Shown: positions 20,452-29,216 of the stretch, in pieces
Layout of the letters: every line of letters begins with the position of its first letter
Position numbering within the stretch: position 1 is the first letter of the stretch
IMG/VR virus record: IMGVR_UViG_3300043425_001634
Span: 27,508-91,507 of that record
DNA length: 64,000 nt
Strand: one strand, 5' to 3'
DNA from: a virus
Notes under the pieces: model-generated
What the model was told of the DNA's origin: nothing
Databases searched by the model: none
What the model saw: the letters and a program-made list of their open reading frames with translations, nothing else
Made by a program: the position numbers and the translations under genes

Positions 20452-20483
20452 AAGCGATCTGAGGAATTTAGATCGCTTTTTTT
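20452..20483 (+). terminator. intrinsic terminator after att core
   Basis: AAGCGATCT / AGATCGCTT stem plus T-run. Confidence 0.7.
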
Positions 20484-20566
20484 GTGAGAATAAATATATC
20501 CATAGGTAGGCATTTGGTTTCTTTTGTATTTAAAATTTTAAGCAGGAGTTAAGCGGGAGCAAAACT

Positions 20567-21658
20567 ATGTCTAACAACAAGCTTACGATTGAAAGTATCA
20601 ATCAAGACCTCAAGGCGGCCAAGATCCGCATCCGCATCTGTACGGTAAAAGAAGGAAATACTTTGTTCTTAAGGGGGACTTTGCCTCCTAAGCCGGGTAG
20701 TGGAAAAGTTGGGGCTTACCAGCAAAGAGTCTCCCTTGGAGTTTTTGCCTCAGAAGTGGGGCTTCAATTTGCAAAAGGAGAAGCAATTAGATTGGCTGGC
20801 CTATTGGATACATATAGATTCTCATGGGAATCTTATCTCCCCGACATTTTCAATGATAGCACAAGTCAACTCAAAAAATGTGGGGAATGGATCAAATTAT
20901 TTGAGGAAGATTTTTGGCAAACGGGGACAAGATGCCGAGTTACCTGGAAGGATTACCGCAAGGTTTTCAAGAAGCTTCCTACTAATGAATTATTGGTTTA
21001 CGATCTTGCAAAAAAAATTATTTTAGAGACAAAGCCAAACACGAAAAGCAGAGAACGTACCACGGATAAAATTGCATCACTTTGTGAATTTGCCGAAATA
21101 CCCGATGCCTCAAATTTGCGCCGTTACCGGGGTTGCTATTCTCAGAGGGGTAAAAATACGCCTATAGTTGTCCCTGCATATCAAGAAATTCTTGATTGCG
21201 TGGATCATTTCCATAATGACTGGTGGCGAAATGCCTTTTGTTTGCAGGCAGCTTATGGACTCAGAAATCACGAAATTTACCACCTGAATTTTGACAAGAT
21301 GCACCAGGGTCTTCTGATTGTCAACAAAAATACAAAAACTGGCTGGCGGGTAGTCCCCAGTTGCCACCCTGAATGGGTGGAAAAATGGGGACTCAAAAAA
21401 TTAACACCGGCGGATATGCCCCAGTCTACCTTGACCGATAATGACTTACTTGGTCGCCAGGTTTGGAAGGCTTACAAGCGATCAAAAGTACCATTTTCCC
21501 CCTATGCTTTGCGCCACCGATTTGCCTGTGACTGTGCCTTACAAAATAAGCCTGTGGCCTTGGCCGCAAAAGTCATGGGGCACAGCTTAGAAACGCATAC
21601 AAAAATTTACCATGCTTTTCTCAGTCAGGATGACTTGCTGAGTGCATGGTATAAGTAA
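20567..21658 (+). CDS. int: tyrosine recombinase / phage integrase
   Basis: YGLRNHE, TKTG.R, YALRHRFA, MGHS...H...Y catalytic motifs; N-terminal arm-binding-like region. Confidence 0.92.
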   Translation: MSNNKLTIESINQDLKAAKIRIRICTVKEGNTLFLRGTLPPKPGSGKVGAYQQRVSLGVFASEVGLQFAKGEAIRLAGLLDTYRFSWESYLPDIFNDSTSQLKKCGEWIKLFEEDFWQTGTRCRVTWKDYRKVFKKLPTNELLVYDLAKKIILETKPNTKSRERTTDKIASLCEFAEIPDASNLRRYRGCYSQRGKNTPIVVPAYQEILDCVDHFHNDWWRNAFCLQAAYGLRNHEIYHLNFDKMHQGLLIVNKNTKTGWRVVPSCHPEWVEKWGLKKLTPADMPQSTLTDNDLLGRQVWKAYKRSKVPFSPYALRHRFACDCALQNKPVALAAKVMGHSLETHTKIYHAFLSQDDLLSAWYK

Positions 21659-21662
21659 ATTT

Positions 21663-21851
21663 TCAAGACTTTCTTTTAGCCATTATTGTGTTCATGTATT
21701 TTTCTATGGCGGGTAAGTTATACTCATACTGACCAGAAGGTGTTCGCCGATAATGGATGCCTTCAATCCAGTAATTAATTCGCCATCTCCTGATCGTTGA
21801 TTTATGTTTTCTGAGTTTTGCTGTAATTTCTTTAATTTTCAAGTAATTCAC
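21663..21851 (-). CDS. xis: excisionase-like HTH protein
   Basis: Small and basic; STIRRWR..WIEGIHY.....YEYNL pattern; convergent on the integrase. Confidence 0.7.
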   Translation of the reverse strand: MNYLKIKEITAKLRKHKSTIRRWRINYWIEGIHYRRTPSGQYEYNLPAIEKYMNTIMAKRKS

Positions 21852-21908
21852 TTTGTTTCCCCTTGATTACAATGATACCCCGACTAAAGTTTAGTCGGGG
21901 TATTTTAT

Positions 21909-22538
21909 TTATCGACCAAAAAGTAGCACTTCTGAGGATTTAAATAACCGCTCATTGGTTGGCAGTTGCCAACTTCTTAGGAGGTCAAAAATGGCGATTT
22001 TTGCAATCTCATATCGCTGTTCGTCCATCACATAACATTTAATGTGATAATCATTTAATTGCTCTTGTGGGTTTAATTTTTTCCGACCTCCTCTTGGTCC
22101 AGTTTTTATGATTGGTTCAATAAAGCAGCAAGACCCAATGTAATAGGATGGCGAATCATTGATCGCCAATCCATTCGCTACAAAAACATCCAATAGTGCG
22201 CCTATAGCATTGTCTATATCCGCCCTCAAGGATCCGTGAAAGCAAAAGATTAAGCCAAATCTCTCAGGAAATGCTTGAACCTGCTGTTGATTTAGGTAAG
22301 AAATTACCTTATTCTGCCACTCCCTGTATTCAGAAGCCATATATGCCCCGTTGGTTCCGAACCGAGGCCGCTCTTTGGCGGCGCAGAGTTTCGGTTTGTT
22401 ATTGATCACTACAGCAGGAATTTCAAAATATTGACTGCTGCTGTTTATGCCGAAAATTTGACTGGCTGCCATAGCGTGTACGTTTCTCCAAATACTTTGA
22501 CAAAGTTTTCTGGGTGGTGTCCAAAATAATAAAGACAA
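21909..22538 (-). CDS. RusA-like Holliday junction resolvase
   Basis: KERPRF, ADIDNAIGALLDVF...INDS; start uncertain. Confidence 0.7.
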   Translation of the reverse strand: MSLLFWTPPRKLCQSIWRNVHAMAASQIFGINSSSQYFEIPAVVINNKPKLCAAKERPRFGTNGAYMASEYREWQNKVISYLNQQQVQAFPERFGLIFCFHGSLRADIDNAIGALLDVFVANGLAINDSPSYYIGSCCFIEPIIKTGPRGGRKKLNPQEQLNDYHIKCYVMDEQRYEIAKIAIFDLLRSWQLPTNERLFKSSEVLLFGR

Positions 22539-23104
22539 GTGTCGTATCGATTGCTTTCGCCAATTGGTTGGCGATCAAGATCCACGAATTGTATTCGTGG
22601 GCATACCATTGCTCCTACCTTGCAGTGGCTACCCAGCAGCTTGCTTGTACCTGCATTTTGCATAGTCCCTGCCAGCATTAGCGCGATCGCTTCCGCTACA
22701 TTCCCAATTTCCATTTCTTGAATCAATTTTTCCAAGAAAAGAGATTGGTTCCCCTTATTTCCCACTTTGCTGTAAGGAGGATTCATAAACAAACAGGCAT
22801 TAGGGATACGACCTGGATTCCAGGTTAGTTGTTCTAGAGCATTATCTTTTTTGGTGAAAAAAGTTTTTGCTCCTATTAAATTTGTTCCGTCTTCCTTTTT
22901 TCTTGTACAGGGATCTATGTCTATGTCGCTAAAGTCAGGTCTGGACATCTTGAATACTTTTCTGATCTGGCCTAAATGCCATTCAGGGGTGTAGGCTTCA
23001 TCTGAGCCTTTTTCTTCTTGTCTTTTCGTCTGGTTGACTGACTGAAAGGTAGAAAGTTTATTATTAGCAGATGCTTCAAATAGCGAAAGTTGATTTGGCG
23101 TCAT
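22445..23104 (-). CDS. phage DNA N6-adenine methyltransferase
   Basis: DEAYTP, IDIDPC, FMNPPYS, RIQF; N-terminal QLSLF. Confidence 0.85.
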   Translation of the reverse strand: MTPNQLSLFEASANNKLSTFQSVNQTKRQEEKGSDEAYTPEWHLGQIRKVFKMSRPDFSDIDIDPCTRKKEDGTNLIGAKTFFTKKDNALEQLTWNPGRIPNACLFMNPPYSKVGNKGNQSLFLEKLIQEMEIGNVAEAIALMLAGTMQNAGTSKLLGSHCKVGAMVCPRIQFVDLDRQPIGESNRYDTCLYYFGHHPENFVKVFGETYTLWQPVKFSA

Positions 23105-23151
23105 ATAGCTAGTTCTACCCGGTTTTAGTGACCTTTGAATTCCGATTGTCT

Positions 23152-23385
23152 TTAGTAATTCTGCCGTTTTTGTTCGTAAATTGATTCGAGACTTGCGACT
23201 ACAAATTCAGCCGCTAACGGAGGAATGATCGCGTTTCCGTAGCCCCGTAAATCTCTGGAAATTTTCAATCGCTCCACTCTATCCCGTACCCCCATCAGCC
23301 ACCGGACAAACTCCGGGTTTAATGGGGCGCGATTGCCCTTCTGAATCTTGAATGAGGTCATTGTGACCTGCTTCCTGCTTTTCAT
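23152..23385 (-). pseudogene. C-terminal remnant of a DNA cytosine methyltransferase
   Basis: LNPEFVRWLMG...LRGYGNAI (motif X-like) with no catalytic N-terminal part. Confidence 0.65.
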
Positions 23386-23423
23386 CTCCGATCATTAACC
23401 CGATCAGAGATGAAAAAAATATG

Positions 23424-24191
23424 CTAAAATAAATTTAACTGCATTGGTTGATTTGTTGGCTCCAGCTTTGCTTGCTGGGGCTTATTTTTTAGGTTCTGTT
23501 CGGGAAATTCTTTAATCTCTTCTCCTTCCAATAAGCAACCACCTGCTTTTGGGGTTCTGCCGCCCCATTGCTTGAAGAAAAAAGGCACTCCCGCTACATA
23601 GCACTGATCTCGAATACTTATTGCCCATTGATATGCCATATCGCGAGAACCCGCCCCCGATTCCCCACCCACAATTACCCAGTGAATGCCATACAGGGGT
23701 AGGTAAAGGGGGCCTAGCAGTGGCTCACAAGAAAGGAATCGGATTTTTGCAGGAACCGTAACCAAATCAGCAATTCGATTAACGTAATCCTGAGTCTCTA
23801 CTGATACGCCCATCCAGATATTTTCATGCCAGATTAATTTAGGGGCAAGTTCTTTCAGGCGATCGCTTCTTTTTGTCAAAATTTGATAAGTGTGCCAAGG
23901 GGTTTTTTCTATAACGCTAAATACCTCTTGAATAAATTCTAGCGGCACATCTTTGTGAAACAAGTCACTCATTGAGTTAACGAATACTCGACTAGGTTTG
24001 CGCCACTTTAAGGGGTCGGTTAATCGGTCTGAATGTAATGTTAAGTTAAAGCCGTTTGGCCACCCGTTTGGAAAGCGCCTTGTTAGTTCTTCTGCATAAC
24101 ACCGGAGGCAACCTGGGCTAATTTTTGTGCAGCCCGTGGTGGGGTTCCATGTGCGGTCTGTCCATTCAATACCAGTTTTTGTGTTTGACAT
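23424..24191 (-). CDS. DUF5131 / phage Gp37Gp68 family (radical SAM-like) protein
   Basis: IEWTD.TWNP.TGC.K.SPGC..CYA, FVNSMSDLFH, LTKR, SCEPLLG, WVIVGGESG, FFFKQWGG. Confidence 0.9.
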   Translation of the reverse strand: MSNTKTGIEWTDRTWNPTTGCTKISPGCLRCYAEELTRRFPNGWPNGFNLTLHSDRLTDPLKWRKPSRVFVNSMSDLFHKDVPLEFIQEVFSVIEKTPWHTYQILTKRSDRLKELAPKLIWHENIWMGVSVETQDYVNRIADLVTVPAKIRFLSCEPLLGPLYLPLYGIHWVIVGGESGAGSRDMAYQWAISIRDQCYVAGVPFFFKQWGGRTPKAGGCLLEGEEIKEFPEQNLKNKPQQAKLEPTNQPMQLNLF

Positions 24192-24193
24192 TT

Positions 24194-25213
24194 TTACTCC
24201 TCAGTTCCGTCTGTGCACGAACACATGATCAAATTTTTAATACTATCGATTTCCAATTGCTCGCTTTCAGTCAATTCATTGCAATTAGACCATCCGAAAG
24301 AACGACCTAAACCAATAACTTTGCTTCCCTGGGGGGTGTGTTGTAGCGCCTGTTTTTCCAGAAATACCCCGATCTCGTAGAAGTCCGGGTGTTTTTCTTT
24401 CAATGCTAATACTTCGCTGATTTTTGCATTCGAGCAAAACCAGCACGATGATTTTGCTGGTTGTTTCTCCAGTAATCTACACAAGTCTAGGCAGTTTTGC
24501 TGGTTTTGGTTGAATCTGCTGACTAATGGATAGTCGATCAAACCATAGCTTGTTTCAAGCGACTTGGCTTCACCTTGTTTTGTAAACAATCTTTGGGTTT
24601 CGCCCGAATGGATTCCGATCCATTGAGTAATTGGCAATAAAAGGTAATTGTTTTTTATGTAAGCTTCAATTACAGCGATCTTCCATTCTTTTGAGCAAGC
24701 ACCATATCCATAGGCTTTAGAGGGAAGGGTTTCGCTTAACAGGCAACGGTCACCCAGCGTCTCTGCTACGCCGTAAATCTTGGTATGAAACTCAACAACA
24801 ATCCAAGGGAGAATGGCCATAAAAATTTTAGTATTTACCCTTGACTTGAGATTTTCTACCCGTGCTTTTAGATGGGATTCTAACGTGGTTCTTTTTCCTG
24901 GATTACCGGGATTCTTTCTCAGAACAGTTATGCCGACCATAGGCGGATAGCCTTGCCAATCATTTGTCAACCAAGTGCTGAACCATTCGATAAATTCATA
25001 AGTCCGGGGATGCTCATTTCCTGTATCTGCAAATAATATTGCATCCACCTTGATGCCCTTTAATCTTGCTATTATTAGCATGGCGGTAGAATTTACTCCG
25101 CCACCATAGGAAACTACGATTGGCCAATCAGGAAGCACTCTATTTTTTATTGCCTCCACTGGATTAATCGGCAATTCTTTTTCCATCTCCTTGAAAAGAC
25201 TTAATTGTCTCAT
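24194..25213 (-). CDS. PAPS reductase-like (PP-loop) protein
   Basis: VSYGGGVNSTAM, FADTGNE.P.TY, CS..WK, GIH..E, YPL, KSSCWFC. Confidence 0.8.
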   Translation of the reverse strand: MRQLSLFKEMEKELPINPVEAIKNRVLPDWPIVVSYGGGVNSTAMLIIARLKGIKVDAILFADTGNEHPRTYEFIEWFSTWLTNDWQGYPPMVGITVLRKNPGNPGKRTTLESHLKARVENLKSRVNTKIFMAILPWIVVEFHTKIYGVAETLGDRCLLSETLPSKAYGYGACSKEWKIAVIEAYIKNNYLLLPITQWIGIHSGETQRLFTKQGEAKSLETSYGLIDYPLVSRFNQNQQNCLDLCRLLEKQPAKSSCWFCSNAKISEVLALKEKHPDFYEIGVFLEKQALQHTPQGSKVIGLGRSFGWSNCNELTESEQLEIDSIKNLIMCSCTDGTEE

Positions 25214-25217
25214 TTTT

Positions 25218-25688
25218 TTATCGTCTCCTTTGATTTATTCTTGACTGAGCAAGAATTTCCTTCCACTCTTTTAGCGATTCCCAATGTGCATTGACCCATG
25301 AGTAAAGTTCTGTCCATTGCTTGTTGTTTGCTACTTTTTGCCCAATTTTTTTGTTCAAAAAGTCAATAAAATTTTCGGCGCTTGAAGAGTCTGCATTTAA
25401 AATTTGCAGTAATCTTTCTAAGCATTGAACTTTTTCACTAAATTTCGATCTCGGAATCAAGAATACAGCTATTCGTCCTTTCGTTTTTTGTAAGTTCTCC
25501 TTGTTCATTTTTTTTACTAACACTATTGTTAGTCTCTGAGGTATCGATTGGTTTGTGTACGCTGTTATTTTTGACTGCGAAATTGAATAGCATCCACAGA
25601 AAAAATAATAATCGTCCTGATTTTTTCCGTGGAGTCGAAAATTTTCAATTAATTTATTCCAGGATGGAATCATTCTTTGATGTCCCAC
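25218..25688 (-). CDS. hypothetical protein, paralogue of 25670..26200
   Basis: Shared PSW.L...YY.F...KG.I..F.I...CLE.LL..LN...W..L..W. Confidence 0.7.
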   Translation of the reverse strand: MGHQRMIPSWNKLIENFRLHGKNQDDYYFFCGCYSISQSKITAYTNQSIPQRLTIVLVKKMNKENLQKTKGRIAVFLIPRSKFSEKVQCLERLLQILNADSSSAENFIDFLNKKIGQKVANNKQWTELYSWVNAHWESLKEWKEILAQSRINQRRR

Positions 25689-26200
25689 TTGCTTTTTAGA
25701 TCAATCCATTCACTCAGTTGGATCCATTTGGTAAGGGAAGTTATTTTCTTGGGAAACAGAAAAGTGAATTCTTCCTCTAGGGATGGATTACTGTTTAGTA
25801 AGTTTAGTAGTTTTTCTAAACAACAGAGTTGATCCCATGACTCAAAATAGGCATAGGGAGTACATTGATTAATCATAAAAGAACCGATCTTGCCTTTTGA
25901 CATTTTTAGCTCCCCCTTATCACCTTTCTTTATCAAGGTAATAGTTATCGTTTCTTGCCTGGAATAAGGACATTCCAGCCATTTATCTTTACTTATGTAC
26001 TCTTCTATTTTCCACAATTTGAAGAACAAATAGTATTGCTGAACAGGATCGAGTCCAGTGATACATTTTTCATCATTTAATTTTCGGTTTAGTAACTCCC
26101 AACTGGGGACAGTAAAAACATTCGTGATCATTGCTGTGTGCTGTGTATTCAAAAGTATGTATTGTTGTTTACCAATATCATGGTAGTTTACAGCTACCAT
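25670..26200 (-). CDS. hypothetical protein, paralogue of 25218..25688
   Basis: Same shared motif; tandem duplication. Confidence 0.7.
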   Translation of the reverse strand: MVAVNYHDIGKQQYILLNTQHTAMITNVFTVPSWELLNRKLNDEKCITGLDPVQQYYLFFKLWKIEEYISKDKWLECPYSRQETITITLIKKGDKGELKMSKGKIGSFMINQCTPYAYFESWDQLCCLEKLLNLLNSNPSLEEEFTFLFPKKITSLTKWIQLSEWIDLKSKWDIKE

Positions 26201-26215
26201 GATATTTTCTTGAGG

Positions 26216-26656
26216 TTAAGGAATGAAGGATTGTTTTCTGCCCGCTTCAGCTAAAAGATTGACTAAATCTGCTGGGTCGTTTACCCATCCTTCAACGGAG
26301 TTGTCGCTACTGTCGAATTGCGACCAAATGGTCACATACCATTCATAATAATCAGCGAATTCATCTGATTTCGACCATCGGAATTCAAAAATCACTAAAA
26401 CCGGATAAGTGACATCATTTTTTCCTTTTAGTGTACTGATTGATTCTTTTTCTATATCTACTTTGACTTTTCTGCCTGTCACCAAGAACTGATAAAGGTC
26501 TTGACCTATAACACCAGTTAGCATTTGAACCAGCACTTGAGATTCAGCTACTTTCTGACGTTTTTGTCGTTTTTGCTCTAGAATTTCTTGTTCTGTTGCT
26601 CGTTGTGCAGCGGTTTCTATTAACTGTCGAATTGATGAAAATTTTTGGTTTTTCAT
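26216..26656 (-). CDS. hypothetical protein
   Basis: 146-aa ORF with AAGGA RBS. Confidence 0.7.
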   Translation of the reverse strand: MKNQKFSSIRQLIETAAQRATEQEILEQKRQKRQKVAESQVLVQMLTGVIGQDLYQFLVTGRKVKVDIEKESISTLKGKNDVTYPVLVIFEFRWSKSDEFADYYEWYVTIWSQFDSSDNSVEGWVNDPADLVNLLAEAGRKQSFIP

Positions 26657-26733
26657 GGTATAATTTCCTTAATTGTGACCTCTTTATCTCCAAGCAACTA
26701 ATTGCTACAAAAATTGCTTGGAGATTTTTTTAC

Positions 26734-27690
26734 TTAATAAAGCATTTCGTATCCTTGTGACTCGAAATCGTCAAGACCTGCCGAATCTGCTGCTATCGCT
26801 TGGGATCGGCGAACGTAGTCGATTCCTTCTTCTGTCGCTTCAGATTCTTCTGACTTTTCCGCTTTACTCCAGTTGAGATCCCAGCTAGAAACTTGTTCCA
26901 GCATTTCATTTATCTTCACGCGAGACTCTGGGGGCAGTAAAAGGGATTCAAAAGATCCTGCATGATAGCCAGTCATGCAGTAAAGTTTTTTTGAGGCGCT
27001 ACCCGATCCTCGTACCTCAATTTTGTATTGCGGAGCGAATGAAAACTTCGAGAAAAAACCGGTGCTGGTAACGCTTATTTTCCGCTCCGTAGCGTACCCG
27101 CGAAGCAAATCACAGAAGGCAATCTGTTGATCCTTTTTCTTTTCAATCTTTCGTGCAAAAGATCCGAAGTATGCTCCCATTTGGGCGCACAATACGCCCT
27201 TAAAGGTCAGCATTAAAGGGGTATCCTGACAGATGTTATTTTTCGCATCTAAAAATGCGATCGCGTATCGTTGGAGTAGCTGGTGGCTATCTTTATTTTC
27301 TTGATAGTATTTCCACTTTGCTTGATTCATTTTTTCTGGAAATGAATCTTTTTGGTTCCGCGCCTTCATGTGGATATCTCCTATCTTGAGGATACACAGG
27401 CGGGGTGACGCTGATACAAACAGGGGCAAGGTATCTCCACCCTGGAACCGATATTCGATGAGTTCCCACGACTCATCGGCGGCGGTGAATCCGCATTTTT
27501 CAGCATTCTCGGCAGTGATAGCCATCCCTACCACCCGACGAAATTCACCATTCACTTCCACTGGATCGGCTACGACCATAGTCTGCCCATACGGGCGAAT
27601 CCGAACGGACTCAATAAAATCACCGCCAGAGTTGAGATCGTCATAATTGGCTGTAATAGACTTTGTTGTATTGGGCATTGTATTAGGCAT
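26734..27690 (-). CDS. DUF5895-like protein with acidic tail (possible ssDNA-binding/recombination function)
   Basis: GMAI..ENA...GF....W.....F..G...LF....PRL, RY.I.F, PL.LT..G recalled from a cyanobacterial phage/plasmid family; acidic C-terminus. Confidence 0.6.
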   Translation of the reverse strand: MPNTMPNTTKSITANYDDLNSGGDFIESVRIRPYGQTMVVADPVEVNGEFRRVVGMAITAENAEKCGFTAADESWELIEYRFQGGDTLPLFVSASPRLCILKIGDIHMKARNQKDSFPEKMNQAKWKYYQENKDSHQLLQRYAIAFLDAKNNICQDTPLMLTFKGVLCAQMGAYFGSFARKIEKKKDQQIAFCDLLRGYATERKISVTSTGFFSKFSFAPQYKIEVRGSGSASKKLYCMTGYHAGSFESLLLPPESRVKINEMLEQVSSWDLNWSKAEKSEESEATEEGIDYVRRSQAIAADSAGLDDFESQGYEMLY

Positions 27691-27761
27691 GGTATTTTTT
27701 CTCAGTAAGTGTAAGTTTTTAGTATGTTTTAGGGACTTTACCACCTGTCCAGCAGATGAGA

Positions 27762-27974
27762 TCATCTAGCGATCGCAATGAGCATTCGCAAAGTAGTCAC
27801 CAAATAAATCTTTTTTCTGGATTCCAAATTCCTAAGACAAACTTCAACATCTTTTTTGTTGAGATGAGTTTTTTCTGCGATTTGTTCGAGATTCATCGCG
27901 CAATCACCGCTTTTGATTAATTGCATGATTCTATTTTCTTCTTGATAATAATTTGACATGGCTATCCATTTCAA
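27762..27974 (-). CDS. small winged-helix protein
   Basis: MNLEQIAEKTHLNKKDVEVCLRNLESRKKI. Confidence 0.55.
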   Translation of the reverse strand: MKWIAMSNYYQEENRIMQLIKSGDCAMNLEQIAEKTHLNKKDVEVCLRNLESRKKIYLVTTLRMLIAIAR

Positions 27975-28218
27975 ATGATAAAGAGAGTAACTCGTTTAAT
28001 GTCCGCTGTAAAGTTTCCGTTGGTGCAGTTTCCAGCCTTACGTTTAATCTAGGGATTATTATGGCTACGGCAAACAATTCAAAAATTAAATCACTTTTTT
28101 GCTGATTTAATTGTTGCACTGTCTCAATGTAGTCGATTAAAGTCCGCCTATCTTCGACTCGATAAATCTCTCTGCGGTATTTTTCCGCAGCGAATAACTG
28201 CTCGATCGTCAATTCCAT
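27931..28218 (-). CDS. hypothetical protein
   Basis: 95 aa with GGAGG RBS; see finding on weak NblA-like ends. Confidence 0.65.
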   Translation of the reverse strand: MELTIEQLFAAEKYRREIYRVEDRRTLIDYIETVQQLNQQKSDLIFELFAVAIIIPRLNVRLETAPTETLQRTLNELLSLSFEMDSHVKLLSRRK

Positions 28219-28234
28219 TTTACTAACCTCCTCT

Positions 28235-29152
28235 TTAGGTGAAATCTAGGCTGAGTTGAACGTGACCAAGGGTAGCCAGTCTTGTTTCAATTTCGCTCTT
28301 GATATTCCCCGTCAATTTGCTGCTGGATTGCAATAAATCTTCGCCGACTCGTTTTGTCTTGGTCAGCAGAACATTAAATTTCTGGAGAGACTGTAACGCC
28401 TTGCCGCCAGGTTCAACGGATTTATTTTTAATTGCTTCTCTGACAACTTCTACCTCGATCTGATTGGCAAGCATTTCCTCTGCCGCCATTAATTTTTCGG
28501 TAAAAGATTGGACACTTTCAGTGTCATCCACATTGACGGACTCCTCTAAGTCAGAGGCGATCGACAACAAGATTTCTTGCGTTTCTTCGTTTTGTTTGTC
28601 GATCGTTTCAACCACTTTCGCCAAGTGTTTACAGACGATTGCCCCTTGTCTTCCATCCATTCCTACTGCTACTTTTGCGATCGCTCCCAGTTGAGATGTC
28701 CCAACTGTTGCAATATTTTGGAGTTTTTTCAGCAACTTGGTCGTTAGGATGCCTTCTGCTTGTTGCTGAAATAGTTCAACAACTTGAGATTTTATTCTGT
28801 CTTTGAGCTTCAATAATTTCAACAAAGCTTCGTGAGTAATGCTTGCTAAGTTTAAATCTTCATTGTTTTTAAGCCAAAAGTACGACTGGCACATCGTGTC
28901 AATTTTCTTTTGTGTCAGTTCTGCAAACCAACCGCCCCTCGCCCGCAGTTCTTTAAGCAATTGCTTTTCTTCCACCCGTAGAAGTAGAGAATTAACAGCT
29001 TCCACTAAAAGCTTGCATTTTTGATAGTAAGCTAGGTTCATTTTCGACTCAGGGTTATTGATTTCATCGTTTTGATGATTTTGATGATTTCTTGCCACGC
29101 TACCACCGTTAAATTGACGATCGTACTCTTGGTTGATTACTTGAGCCAGCAT
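28235..29152 (-). CDS. coiled-coil hypothetical protein
   Basis: 305 aa, helical; C-terminal QLSLDF. Confidence 0.7.
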   Translation of the reverse strand: MLAQVINQEYDRQFNGGSVARNHQNHQNDEINNPESKMNLAYYQKCKLLVEAVNSLLLRVEEKQLLKELRARGGWFAELTQKKIDTMCQSYFWLKNNEDLNLASITHEALLKLLKLKDRIKSQVVELFQQQAEGILTTKLLKKLQNIATVGTSQLGAIAKVAVGMDGRQGAIVCKHLAKVVETIDKQNEETQEILLSIASDLEESVNVDDTESVQSFTEKLMAAEEMLANQIEVEVVREAIKNKSVEPGGKALQSLQKFNVLLTKTKRVGEDLLQSSSKLTGNIKSEIETRLATLGHVQLSLDFT

Positions 29153-29216
29153 GATTGTTTCCCTTTGTTTGATTTACTGTTTTAGGCAGTCCCGGAAAAA
29201 CCGGGACTTTGTTTTT

